NCBI GenBank assembly: GCA_031835245.2
Contig: JAVKOQ020000046.1
Location: forward strand, 124,001-188,000
DNA: 64,000 bases
Source: Balamuthia mandrillaris
Lineage: Eukaryota
Direction: 5' to 3'
The translations under genes and the position numbers were made by a program. A model generated the notes under the pieces. That model made no database searches and was not told the DNA's origin. It worked only from the letters and a program-made list of their open reading frames with translations. Numbering within the stretch: the first letter of the stretch is position 1; each line of letters begins with the position of its first letter. This document shows, one piece after another, positions 38,799 to 51,675 of the stretch.

Positions 38799-39094
38799 TC
38801 AAAAAGCAAAGGCAGCCCCCTGCAGCTGGCCCCCTCCTCTCCTCTCTGCTGTTTTTTCTTCTCTTCTTGCGAGTTTCAGTTTGTCGACATGAAATGATAT
38901 TTTGTGGAGATTTTATCGAATTTTAGTCTAAATATCGCCAAATTATTTAAATGATGATAATATATTATCGATGATTTGAGAAAATATCGTTGTCGACACC
39001 AATTCATATATTTTTTGTGTGTAATGCATGGGTCTGTCCCTTTGTGCATGTCTGCCTCTCCTCCTCACCCCCGTCTGCTGTGGTTTCCTGTCCT

Positions 39095-40111
39095 TTAGTA
39101 GTCGTCTTCAGGCTCCCAAGGGCACCCGTTTTCTTTTGCCCATTCTGCCACCTCAAAATATTCGTTTTCGAGAGCAGCGCCGTAGGTAGAGATGCTCCAA
39201 GGGCAGCCTTTCTCTCTTGCCCATTTGAGCATCTCCAAGTCCCCGTTCGCTGCGGCGTTGGCGCAGGTGAAGTCGTCCCAAGGACACCCGTTTTCATGCA
39301 ACCACTTCAACACGTGGAGGTGGCCATGCTCAGCGGCTGCTGCACAAGTCCACTCGTTCCACGGGCACCCGTTTTCCTTCAGCCATTTCAGCACCTCCAT
39401 CTGACCACTCACTACAGCTTTCACGCTAGCGTGGTAGCTCCAAGGACATCCGTTTTCCTTCAGCCATTTCAGCACCTCCAAGCGGCCGCTGCCTGCAGCA
39501 GACTGAAATGTGCCTTGGTTCCAAGGGCATCCGTTCTCCCTCGCCCATTGCAACACCTCCAAATGCCCGTTACGAGCGGCCTCGGAGCAAGTCATGGCAT
39601 TCCAAGGACAGCCGTTCTCCCTCGCCCATCGCAGAACCTCCAAATGACCTCCACGAGCAGCCCAGGTGCAAGTCATGGCATTCCAAGGACATCCGTTCTC
39701 TCTCGCCCATTTGAGCACTTCCAAATGACCATTCTCAGCAGCGTGCATGCAGACCCGGTCGTTCCAAGGGTATCCGTTTGCTCTGGCCCATTGCAAAGCA
39801 CCCAAGCAGCCATTCGCCGCGACATGCTGGCAGACCAGCTGAGCGGGACGGGAGTGGCATTCTGGCAGTTGTGGAGGAATGGGGTGTGCCCACTGCAGGG
39901 CTGTCAGGGAGGAGCAGGCCCATTGCAGGCTGAGCTTCCGTCGGAGCTCAGGAGGGCTGCAGGAAAACCATCTCCGGCAAGTCCTAGCCGCTGGTGCTAC
40001 GTCGCACTGTGGAAGGTGTTTAAGCACCAAGCTCAGCAATTCATTGGGCAGCATCTCTTCCACCCAACAGCGAGCTGTCGGCTCGTCGTCAGTAACGCTC
40101 AAACCGTTCAT
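39095..40111 (-). CDS. Intronless F-box-like plus ankyrin-repeat protein (GHLEVLKWARENGCPW repeats)
   Basis: F-box-like LPNELLSLVLKHL...AARTCRRW; about nine 25-aa repeats of C..AA..GHLEVL.W..ENGCPW. Confidence 0.9.
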   Translation of the reverse strand: MNGLSVTDDEPTARCWVEEMLPNELLSLVLKHLPQCDVAPAARTCRRWFSCSPPELRRKLSLQWACSSLTALQWAHPIPPQLPECHSRPAQLVCQHVAANGCLGALQWARANGYPWNDRVCMHAAENGHLEVLKWARENGCPWNAMTCTWAARGGHLEVLRWARENGCPWNAMTCSEAARNGHLEVLQWARENGCPWNQGTFQSAAGSGRLEVLKWLKENGCPWSYHASVKAVVSGQMEVLKWLKENGCPWNEWTCAAAAEHGHLHVLKWLHENGCPWDDFTCANAAANGDLEMLKWAREKGCPWSISTYGAALENEYFEVAEWAKENGCPWEPEDDY

Positions 40112-40240
40112 CTCGCTTTCGGAACCAAGGAAGTGAGCAAGCCCGGTGCAGTGCCGTTTTATCTTTTTTCTTCTTCCTGAACTTCTTTCTCTTTATTTTA
40201 CCGGTTACAATTAACTTGCGTGTTCTTATAATTGCAATCA

Positions 40241-41060
40241 TCAAACAACGATATGAGCAGCACACCCGGCCCAGGCCTGAGCGCAGGCATACAGGACCTT
40301 TCCACGAAAGTGCTCCGGTAAGGCCCTCCTGAAGAACGTGGAGCTGAGCGGGAACGTGAACCAGGCTTCGTTCTTCTCGAGATCCACCGCCACGCCAAGA
40401 CTTGTATTCGGTTTGTTGGGGACCACTTCTCCTTGGTAGATCAAAGCGGCAATGCTGGAGTTGAACACGCCACCAGACTCGTTCCTCGCTTGGTCCTCGT
40501 CCTTGCCGTGATGGTAGCTCATAGCGTCCAAGTAGACACCACAAAGGGATTCATGGAAGCGAATGCCCGCCACAGAAGGGTCGCAGGTTATGCCGATGCC
40601 GACCTGGTTGCCCAACGGCTTGACGAAGAACCACTGACCGCTTCCTCGAAAGGGTTGGGAGCAGTGCATCGCCACGACGCAGTTCCAGTTGCAGCCGGGG
40701 CTCTTGAGCCGCGTTGGGGAGAGGCAGCGGCGTTGCTTGGTGGCTCTGCAGGTGGAGCAGAAGTTGCTGGAGGGGAGGTCGAAGCGAACGAGGTAGAGGG
40801 AGGCTACGCGGTGAAAGGTGGAGTTGACCGGGACGCGGTGAAAGGTGGAGTTGACCGGGACGCGGTGAAAGGTGGAGGTCGAAGGGTCAACTCCACCTTT
40901 CACCGCGTAGCCTCCCTCTACCTCGTTCGCAACTCCACCTTTCGAGGAGGCATTTGTGGAGGGAGCGTTGGTAAGGGAGCAAAAAAGACAGGGCCAACGA
41001 GAGGAGTTCCTCGGGGAGAGTCTCCCAGTCGGGCTGTTGGTCTCTGTTGGTGGAAGTCAT
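40241..41060 (-). pseudogene. F-box plus SPRY/B30.2-like gene disrupted by a templated insertion
   Basis: F-box DWETLPEELLSLALSFL...KCL interrupted by an in-frame TGA at 40887; continues in another frame as VNSTFHRVA; C-terminal SPRY-like VGIGIT, LGVAVDLEKNEAWF, LYACA. Confidence 0.7.
40784..40943. repeat. 46-bp perfect inverted repeat (40784-40829 / 40885-40930) enclosing 27-bp tandem repeats
   Basis: gcgaacgagg...gagttgacc and its exact reverse complement; unit acgcggtgaaaggtggagttgaccggg at 40806 and 40833, partial at 40860. Confidence 0.95.
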
Positions 41061-41235
41061 CAGCCGTTTTCTTTCGTTTCCTTGGCTCCTATAATAGCTT
41101 TTCGGTGGTATAATTATAACCAAAAGTTCTTCTTAGGCAACAAAAGCCCTTTCGTTATTCAAAAGTGTTTGTCAAAAGCTGTACAATGCAGAGAGCGTTA
41201 CTGTAAGCAAAGAGAACTTTCTTGGTCCTTGAGCA

Positions 41236-44200
41236 TCAAAGACCTTTGCTGAATATCTCCCACAAGCTGAGCAACATTAAAGTAACCAACACAATCAGGT
41301 GGTACTGCACCGAAGAGAGCAGCTCCATCGCAGCGCTCTTTCTGTTCTGTCTTTCCAGATGCCACTTTCCGATTCGCTTCTGACGAACAACGGTGATCAC
41401 TTCTTCCTCTCCGCCATTCTCTTCATCACCGTTTTCTTCATCCTCTCCTTCTTGTTGCGGGTTCTGTTGCAACAGCTTCATTTGCTTCTTCTTGAACTTG
41501 GCTTCTTTCTTGTGCATCTTTCTCACTTTCTTCACGTGCGTGCGACTCAGTATCAGCCATTCCTCTTTGTAGATGGTATTTACAATCATGTCGCGAAGCA
41601 ACAGTTCGGTTTGTCCAATGAACTCGTTGCCACCCACTCTATCCCAGTCCCATGCAGTTATTTCCAGATGAGCACTTCCGTCCTTTGCTGCTGTTGGTGA
41701 TATTATGCTGGGGAGAGAAACAAATGAAACGTTAGAAGAAGAAGAGGAAGAGGAAGAGGAACAAGAACAAGCAGAAGAACAACAAGAACAAGACGAAGAA
41801 GAGCAACAACACGCACAATGTGAATTGTTGATGAAATACAGGATTGAGAGTGCAGCGCATGACTTTAGTCTTGTGGTGCTGTTTGCCGAACTTGAGTTTG
41901 AAATAAGGATCGCTGAAACCTGTTTATCATGAGTTAAACAAAAAGTAAACCTCAACAAGCTTCGAAATGAGAGTACCATTTGAGTCGTGAGCATCCAAAT
42001 CTTTGGCTTCTTGCACTATAATTCGCAATCAGTAAACCTAAGAGAGGGAGCGAGAGGGAGGAGCAAAAACACACCTGTAACAAAAAGTTTGCCCGAGCCG
42101 TCTCTCAACGTTGAAGGTTGGAATCGCATGCCCAACAACAACATCTGATCTTTCCTATCGACTGCCGCATTCTCTGCCTTTTCTTTCTCTTTGTGTTGTT
42201 GTCTGTTGTCCACATTGACAACTAATACAGAATCACTGCTTGAGCGGTTGAACGGATTCGGCAGTTTACCACCAGAAGAAGCACCAGAAAAGCTATCTCG
42301 ATGATGGACCGTAACAGGAGCGAAGTTGGATCTTGAGTTATATCCAATTTGAGAGAGCGTCATGGTGCACGCCATTTGAGAGATGGCGTTTGGACTGGTC
42401 TCTTGCATGTTTTGTAGGCTGGATTGCAAAGCGGCAGCTGAGGAGCTATCTCCGCCTTCTGATCCATCATCGAACGTCAAGGTTCTTCGAATGAGTTCCG
42501 CTTTGCTCTTGTCCTTGTGGTCTTTGTTCTCTTTTAAAGTTTGTTGGGAATTGTTGTAGTTTCCTCTTACGTCGTTGCTGCTATTGCTTTTGTTGTTCTT
42601 TGCGTCGTGTGGTTGAAGCTTTTTGCTGCTGCGTTTGAAGCGCGCTGAAGTGGCAGAAGAAGTTACCTTGACTTCATTTATCTCCTTCAACAATTGTTGT
42701 CTTCTGAGATAAGAGCGCTGCGTGCTGTTGCCAGTAGGACTGACAAAGATGGCAGGAGCGCTGCCTCTTCGCAAATCTGTGTCTGTCGTTGGCGAGAGAA
42801 TAGGAATCGGAAGACTGGCCCTTCGATCATCCAAGCTTTCGTTGCATTGCTGTTTTTCCTCGGCAGCTACAACGGATTCGTTGTGGTTCCCACTGTTGGT
42901 ATCGCGTTGATGAGAGATGAAAGGAAGAGTATTACGCGCAGTGGGGGAAGTGGGCGAAGACGCGGTTTCAAATTGTTGATGTTGTTGTGCTTGCGGTTGT
43001 GGATCGCAAAGGGCAGACGCGTCCCTACTCATGTTTGCAAAGAGCACACTTTGTTCCTTCAAGTCTTCAAGAACGGGTAAGCGGTCTGTTGTAGTCTGTT
43101 GGGCTGCTGTTTCCCTCTCCTCTGGAGGTGCATTCTCTATTGCTATTGTACTTCCCTCATTTTCTTTCTCTTTCGCTTCTTCTCTTTGCTGTTGTTGCTG
43201 CTGCGGTTGTTCTTTGGTCACGTTTATTGTCTCATGGAGCTCTTCCAGCGAAAACTGCACCGAGTTTCGCTTTCCTTTGTCATCCTCCATTCCTTCTAGC
43301 GCTTTGATTGCTGCTTCTTCTTTCCGCTTCTCTTCCTCTTTTGTTGTTTCTTCTATTCTCCCTTTTGATAACGTTCGAAGAGATGGACGTTCCGTACTAA
43401 CCCTTTCGCTGATGATTCGCTCCATGTCTTTTTGCCACGATCTCCTCCTCTCTTCTTCCTTTTTACTCTTCTTCTTTCGCAAAGACTTTGATGATGAGTT
43501 GGTAGTTGCGTCTCTCACCGTTGCGCTCTTACGAGCGCTCAACGGCTTCTGTGACTTGTTTTTCTCATCACGCCCACTTGTGTCGTTTTCGTAGCTGCTG
43601 CCGGCGGGAATAGAAAGACGACGAATAGGCAGAGATGGGGACGAATCATACGTTTTCATGAAAGAAGAACTCACTGAAGGAGAGATGTTAACTGTTGCTG
43701 ATAGGTTCATATCAAAGCTTCTTTGTCGGGGTAATGAAAGGGGAGCAGTAGCAGAATGGTCATCTTCGGTGGTTGTGGGGGGAGCAGTTCCTTTGCATTT
43801 GCTCCACAGGACGTCCACCTTTGGGAAGAGAGATGCTGCTCCTTTGAAGGTGTACTAGAGAGATGCGTAGTCAATAACAGGTGAACAAACAGAAGCGAAA
43901 GAGGAAACTTAACTTGCTCTCCTTCTGAATCAACAACAATCAAGGAATCTCCCTGTTGTCGTGTGCATTCCAATATGTTGTAGTCCAATTTTACTAAAGT
44001 CCGTTTGCTTTTGTTTTTCTTTTGATCCACAAAGAAGAGGTGATGCTTTGTAACATAAAGTTGTCCTTTGGTTTGGTCTAGTGTACAAACAATATCTGGT
44101 ATATAAGCCGCTGACATTAATCGACCGCATCATAAAAAAGAAAGAAAGAGAAACATAGGAAAAGAAACAAAAAGAAACAAATGAGGAAAAGCAGTTCGCG

Positions 44201-44472
44201 ACGAAAGAAGGAGAGCAAGAATAGGATACCGTCAATCAACGTGTCATCAGGTTGTGCGTCGAACAGCTTTCTCAATACTTTCCACTTCTTCTGGTCCAGT
44301 TTCTCTTTCTTTTCTTGCTCTTTCCGTTCTTTCTTAGTTTCTTCATTATCAAGTGACTCCACTGGTATCTATTGGTTTTTTTGCCAGGTAGTACTGGGTT
44401 AATATCTTGCTTATGGTTCTCTCTGCATCAACTATGCTTCTCCTTTTTGTTCTTTGCTTCCTAGCCCTCTAA

Positions 44473-44503
<31 letters not shown>

Positions 44504-45568
44504 GCTCTTATGCGTTCGTCTCTTCTGGTTCTCTCTTCTGGTCAATTTACCTTTTGATAGAATAACTTGAGATGGAGTGCACCGGTAACTTCCTCCATGG
44601 GCTTGTCCTTCCGTTGTTCCAACGAGAACCAGGCGTCCAAATGTGCGTTCTCGTGCAGCTGCTCTCTCGGAATGATGACTTGCCCCATAAAGTCTTTTCC
44701 GACCTTGTCTTTGTCCCAACAAACCACCTTGATTCCAGCGAAGTGGCTATCCACCTCACTTTGTTATCACAGCAACGAAAAGATAAAGGTTGTGTGCTCT
44801 ATGTGAGTGGTTATTCTATAAAACACAAAGAAAAAAATACACCACGAAGAAACTTCATAAAAGGAACAAGAAAAGAAAGGAAGAAGAAACCACAAGAAAG
44901 AACAAAACGACGAAAAGATAGACTCGTACAATTGGAAGCGGGAGTTAGACCAGATAGGGTTCAGTGCAGAGAGATTGAAAAAGCTCAGAGTCAAGGGTTT
45001 TTAACGCCACGACGAAACAAACCAACGAACAAAAACACACTGAGGAAAGGATATGACTCTTTTTGATGACCTCAGTCTTCTTCTTTCTCTTTTCTTTGCC
45101 GGTGTTATCCACCACGCTCACCACGCAATATGGGTCAGACAAGCCTGAAAGCATTTCAAAACAAAGTCGTGCCATTAGCGGCAAAGACAAAAAAAAAAAA
45201 GCGGGAAGCTAGAGTGACTGACTCACCGTTGCTGTCTTTGGAAGCCAAGTTTCTCCCGGCAAAGACTTGAGAGAGAGTTTTTTTTTTAAAAAAAAAAAAG
45301 CCGTGCAATGCAAAACGCTTACTCATTAATGAAAAACTTACCAGTAACGTGAACGATTTCCATCTTATCAACATCAAGAAGAAAAAGACAGATATCCTTT
45401 TCTCTCCCCTTTGTTTGCCAAGCAAGCCTGCCTGCTTGTAGCACAAAACCAAAAAGGTTTCCTTCTGTTCCGTTCCGCTGCCCCCAAAACTTGTTTTTTG
45501 CTAAAACTTTCTTTTTGAACGGTCGTGCTGATGTCAGCTTGCTTAATTTCCACCACTGATGACGTCAT
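41236..45568 (-). CDS. C2 - GRAM - long disordered linker - C2 - TM protein, spliced
   Basis: GRNLASKDSNG|LSDPYCVV, LNPIW, VVCWDKDKVGKDFMGQV; GRAM CTLDQTKGQLYVTKHHLFF; second C2 ITAWDWDRVGGNEFIGQ; hydrophobic C-terminus. Confidence 0.8.
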
Positions 45569-45752
45569 TACTGTCGACTGATTGAAATTTCAATCTTTTT
45601 TATTTTTATTATTATTTTTTATTTTATTTATTTATTTATTTATTTGTTTTTATGTTTTTTTTTTACATTAAAAGCTTTTACAGGTTATGAGTAAGGGGTG
45701 TGGCCTCGTGCTTCCAACCGAAACGAGGGGGGGTGGTTTTTTTTTTCTTATC

Positions 45753-46948
45753 TTATTCATGGATCTGAAGAGGCATGTACTCAAAGCCATAGGCACCGCC
45801 GTCCGCTGCTCCCATGATCTCCTCCTTGACATCGTCCAGATGGAAGCACATCAGCAGCACGATGACCACCAGGAGGAAGATGGAGGTGCAAATGGCTGAC
45901 TCCCAGCCAATGAACGCCATCCAGATCCTCAAGTTTGGCCATGGGCTCTTTCCTGTAGCACATCGCCAGTTTGTTACGACAAAGAAACAAAAAGCAGAGC
46001 AAGAAAGAAAGAACAAAGAAGGGAGCACGAAGAAAAGAACAGAAGAGAAGAACAAGACAAACCTGATCCGCTCTTCGGTTTAGACTCTCCGATGAGACTC
46101 TCGCACTGGTACTTCACACACCCCTCAATGTCCCTCTCCATGAACTTTGGATGCTGCACAAAGTATCCAAAGGCCACCACAAAGCAGGCCAACGCCAGCA
46201 TCATCAGCACCAGCAGCACCCATTTCAAGGGCTTGAAGGAGCGTCTGGGAATGCGCCTCATGGTGGAGGGGACCAACAGTGTGACCAGGATGGTGATGCA
46301 GACGGCCAGGAGGAGGAAGGTCCCGATGACCACCAGCCCCATGGTCAGCATGTAGAGGCGATAGAGGTTGGGCAGCTGGTCCTTCATCTCCTGCCAGGTG
46401 AAGCGCTCCGTGTAGCTATCATGGTCGTCACCGTCCTTCCATTCCACGATCTCCAGGATGCCATCCCATGCTTTGAAAGGTTTGATGAGTGAGTATAAAA
46501 AAAAGGTAAACGGAAGAAGTGGTTTGGGAGGATCCCTTACTGTAGTATTGTTGCTCTGTGTGACGGTCCCCATCTATGTAAACAAAGTACCTGCAGGACG
46601 AGCATAACAAAAGTTAAAAAAGCAGAGGAGGAGGAGCAGCAACAAGAGCCAAGGAGGAAGGATGAGAATGACGGTTGCAAAAAAAAAAAAGTAGTAAAGC
46701 GTTTGACATCGATTTCGTAGTAGTAGCAAGATGAGCTCAAAGAAATGTTTAAAAAAAAGGTACCAAGGAGCAGCCACAGCGCCGAGCCCAAAGAGCAGCG
46801 CCATCAGAGAGAAGCCAAAGAGGATGGAGCCCTTGGCGCAGCAGCACCGCTTGCAGTAGCTCCCATTGTTGTTGGCGCCCGGAGAGTAGGCCTTTCGTTT
46901 CGCCCTTGGCGAGCTTCGTTCGTCTATAATTTCTACCCTGGAAAACAT
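45753..46948 (-). CDS. Four-TM claudin/amastin-like membrane protein, spliced
   Basis: TM1 ending AAPW, extracellular loop, two further TMs, Cys pair, W..FIGW before TM4. Confidence 0.65.
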
Positions 46949-47431
46949 GTTGCCCCTTGGTTGCTTCTCTCTTTGTTCGAAGAAGAGGAGGAAGGAGGAG
47001 GAGGAGGAAGGAGAAAGGAGGAAGAAGGTTGTGGATACCACCGCGCCCTGTTAATATATAACGAAAAATAATAACAAATGGTACGTCAAAAACGCAAATT
47101 TTTACATAAAACAACGAAAAGCTCTTGGCTCCCCTCCCAACAAAAAAAAACCCCTTGTATGCAAAGGGATTTGTCTGCTTTTTTTTGGGGAGGGTTTGTG
47201 GAACGTGTGGGCCAAAAAAAAAACCTCTCCCAACTAACCACAGGAAGTAAAAACTCCCCAAAAAAAAAAAAGGATTACAAGTCTCCCAAGCAGCTTGCCT
47301 TCTCTCTCTGCTGCTACTCTTTTTTTGTCGTTTTGTTTGGTGTCGGCAAAAAACTTAATTAGGAAACCAAAGAAGTAGAAAGTTTTTGCGGACAATTTTT
47401 GTAGACAGGTCACTTTTTTTGCGGACAGTGG

Positions 47432-49049
47432 TTACTGTCCCTTTGCTGTAGAAGAAAAAGCTGAAGATGAAAAAGAAGCAGGAGAAGAAGAAGAAGAAGA
47501 AGAAGAAGAAGAAGAAGAAGAAGAAGAAGAAGAAGAAGAAGAAGAAGAAGCAGATGATGAAGAAGCTGAAAGAGAGGTGTTTGCTGGTAGAAGGTAAATA
47601 CAGTGCACACCTAACCACCTCACCAGCCCGTCATTGTGGATTGGGCATGCGGGATGGAAGGTGCAGGCTGCACAACCCCAAACATCTTCCTCTTTGCAAT
47701 TGGGACACGAGCTCTCCGCCAAAGCTGCTGCCTTTTCCATGAATTGAGGAAAGCTTTTTTTTTTTGTTGTTGGGGTTGTTCATATGGGAAACAGCAGAGT
47801 GAGGAGAGAAGAGAATGAAGGTACCGTTGAAAGATTGCTTCACACACGCCAGTACCTCCCTCGCAGGAATCCGTCAAGAAACCTGTTCAGCAGAATGGTT
47901 AGGTATTTGACAGTCTTATTTTGGTGTGTCTAGCAGTTATTGTTGTACCTTCGCATGCCAAAGGGTCAATTTGTGCCTCTTCCACATCCTGTGCTGAAAG
48001 CAAAAGAAGTGGTACAACCGCCATCAATTGATGCAATAACTGTCATTGGAATAGCGGTTAAACATAAGCAAGAAAAAGAAGAAGAGAGATGATACTGTGT
48101 GCAAAGCAACAAACTCGGCCGAAAAGGAGTTCATGCGTTCATAATTATCCTGTTAAAATTGTTGATGTTAAAAAGCGCAAGAGAGAGAGAGAGAGAGAGA
48201 GATACCAATTCTTGAGCGGTGCCTTCTGCTTCCTTCAACTTTACAACAAGCTCGTCCCGGCATCTTTGAAGGTATTCCTTGGCTGGTGGCGTCAAGGAGA
48301 AACGCAAATAGGGAGCCTCATGTCCACATTTGAACGGATCATATTTGCAACGAGAGGCTAAGCCCAGATCGCTCGGTGCCAACGTTATTTCTGGCGCTTC
48401 GCCATGCTTGTTGAATTGTTTGCTCTTGTTCTTTTGTTTGGATTCGCTTACTTCGTAGCCGCTTACTTCCATCAAAGTCTCACCCCAACCTTTAAAAAGG
48501 ACAGCGTCAACAAGGAGAAAGAAAGAAGAAAACGAAATAATTACCATGCGTTAGAACAAGCTCGCCAGCAGCCAAGGAAAACCGTTTCTCCTGCCAAACA
48601 TCCAAAACGCGCAACCTCGTGTTCACAAGAGGAAACACTTTGAACAACGGCTTGGCGTCAAGCTTTCGCAGCATCGCTACCAAACGCTGCGGGTGAAGAT
48701 CCAAAGAAAGTACGCTGTAATGACAAACGCGGCCCTGTCTATCTTGGCTTTGAAAGATAGCTCCTGGAAAGAGTCTCTTCAATGCGTGTCTCTCGCTCAT
48801 GGTTTCCACAATAGTGTTGGTCTTCTCCCAAACGGCTTTTATTTGCTGTGAGGAACTGCCTCGAAGCTGAAGGTCAGAGTGTGGACTACCCTTAGCGATC
48901 CATACCATCCCTTTGTCTATTTGTTCCTCCAGTTGAACATGCGTTTGCTCCTCTAGGAATGTAATCTGACAAAATGAACTGTGAGTAGGAGGAGCAAAAA
49001 AAATTCTCTTGCCTCCTCTCTTCTCACGTCTCTTCGCTCCTAAGAAGAT

Positions 49050-49093
<44 letters not shown>

Positions 49094-49297
49094 TTTTACG
49101 AGCCATTGGACCGAATCTACGTTCAAGTTTCGCGTCTGGAATTCCAGACTCAGCACAAGCGCACCATAAATGCTTTGCTAAGATGGTAGGATAGCCATTG
49201 TTGAACATTACATCCTCCATTTCGTTGTTCAGCAAAACTTGTAGTCACGCAAATTATAAGTTTTAAAAGAGGATGGGAAGAGAAACACAAAATGTGC

Positions 49298-49345
<48 letters not shown>

Positions 49346-51470
49346 TACCTTGGGGATGAGTTGAATAATATCTATCCAAAGGATTGTTGGCCTCCGGAAT
49401 GAATAAGCTGAGACCTGCTCTTATCCTTCCGGCCCTACCTATCCGCTGCCACAAACTCATCTTGTTGCCTGGATAGCCCAAAATTAAACAGCAATCCAAC
49501 GCTGGAATGTCCACCCCTGCTTCCAGCGCACTGGTGCTTATAAGGCCACGTACTGCTCCACTTTTAACTTCGTCTAAAATGCGTTGCTATTTGGTACAAC
49601 AGATAAAAAGCACTGAAATCAAAAGAAGAAAGAGTAAAGTAGTAATGAGCAGGAGCATACTTTGGTGCGACTAGGAAGGGCAGCGTAGAAGCTGCGAACT
49701 TGCGAGGCATACTCTCTTGCGTAATGATTCTGAATCACTTCCGTCAATTGGTTCACCTTATTAATAGTTTGACAGAACCTGATATAGCCAAGGTTGGTCA
49801 TGATGAGAGCGTGAAAACAGAGAGAGAGAGAGAGAGAGGGAGAGAGAATTACACAATACAGCTCCACCGCTGTTCAATCCACCGCAACACGATCTTTGCC
49901 GCAGTTTCAATCGGCGACTTTTGTGCTGCTAAAGTCAGAAAAATGCGTTGTGGGGTTTTGGCCCCGCTGTTGGCTATCCACTTTAAACGAAACGTGGACA
50001 GAGCTTCCTCCCTTCCTATCAATTTTGCTGCCATCTCGCAGGCATTGCCAACTGTGGCAGAGGCCAATACAAACCTTATGCGGAAGGATTGGCCTCCCAT
50101 CGCATCCATATTCAAGCATAACCTTTTGTTGAAACATATGGATAAACTAGTAAAGCAAGCAAATGAACGAGAAGAAACGAACCTACGAATAAGATTGGAG
50201 ACATGACACCCAAACACGCCAGAATAAGTATGAGCTTCATCCTTTGTCACAAATATTAGACATCAAGATAAGAACAATACTAATACTAGTATTGGAAAAA
50301 GCTACCATTACGCAAAACCGAAGGCGAGAGATAAACTCTCGCCAGTTCTCCCACCCTCGCTGACCCACTTTTCCTCTTTCCAGCTGAAAGTGTAACATGT
50401 CGGGAGTCATGACAACAATATGCGGCACTCCATTGCGCAAAATATTCATTCTTTCCGGTACCGTCATTTCTCCTGAATGTTTGTTGGTTTGTGCAAAGAG
50501 TATATAGTCTATCCTAAGAACCAGAAGCAGGAGATAGTAGGAGGAGGATTAGATACCTGACAAACTGACCACTCTCAATCTATCTTGCGGTGGCAGAGCC
50601 TCATTCAACGCTTGTATTTTCTCCCACTGGTCCTTCGCCAACGCCGTCAACGGGAACAGGTACAATGCACTCGCGCTATCTTTCCTCGGCAACAAGATCT
50701 CAAAGATGCCCACGTTGAAGCAGAGGCTCTTTCCGGAGGAGGTCGGCGTGGTGACAATCAAGTCGTTTCCATTGTTGAGCTTCTCTCTGGCCTCCGCCTG
50801 ATGGCTGTACAAAGTGGAGTAGCCGTTGCTGAGGAGGGCCTGACGGAGGGCAGGATGAAGGTCTTCCGGCAGTTGGACGCAGCGAGCCTCTTTGCTGGGA
50901 AGGAGATGGCAATGGGTCACCTGGTGGCGCAGCGAGTTGGCGATGTGGTCCCTGAACTGTTCGTCTATGCGAGAGAGTTCCGCTTCCGTCAAACCTGTAT
51001 GTTTCAGACGTTAGTGCGAAGCATGAAGAAGGAAGAAGCAGGAGAAGAAGGAGAAGAACAAGAACAAGAACAAGAAGAACGAGAAGAGGAAACCTGATTT
51101 GTTCTCTTGTTCTTTTGGATGTTGTTTGGAGGAGGAGCGACGAGCACTCTCTTTCTTGCCATGTTTCTGCCATTGAGGCCCCAGGCCTCTCCCGCCATAG
51201 CTTTGTGCTGCCCCAAGAAAATCTTTCGTAGCGTTAGAGTGTTCCAACCAAAGAAATGAGAGCGACCAAGCCCGCCTTTCGTAAAAACCATAAAGACGTA
51301 CCCAAGTTGAGCGCGCGTCTCTTTGGCCGGCTTTCCCCGGCCAGCTTTGCTTTGTCCTTTCGCTGCAGAAGCACGGAGTTATGACTTTGCAAAAAAAAGA
51401 GTTTCACATCTACAAGGAGAGAGGGGGGCGCGAAGAGCACGCAACACCGCACCTTTTCTTTCTGTTCCAT
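47432..51470 (-). CDS. HRQ1/MrfA-family DEAD/DEAH helicase with DUF1998 Zn-binding C-terminus, spliced
   Basis: LYSHQAEA, TPTSSGKSL, YLFPLTALAKDQ, DEAHTYSGVFG.HV, SAT, STSALEAGVDI, WQRIGRAGR, DSCEGGTG, CPNC...GCAAC....C. Start uncertain (51198 or 51470). Confidence 0.88.
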
Positions 51471-51675
51471 CTGTGTTTGCTATGCGTGTTTATTATTATT
51501 TCTTGGAATTTTTTATAAAAATTTACATCTCCCAATTAAAAATCATATCGAATAAATGTCGACAGGTCAGCGCCCAATAAAAAATCAAACCACCAAAATA
51601 TTTTAGATTTTTTATTTGTTTTTTTATAGTTTTTATTTATACTTGTTAACCAAAAAGTAAAAAAAAGAAAATGGG

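Noticed and set aside
40784..40943. CRISPR-like array or MITE
   Set aside because: Repeats abut with no unique spacers, there is no cas gene or target-site duplication, and the inserted sequence derives from the host gene itself
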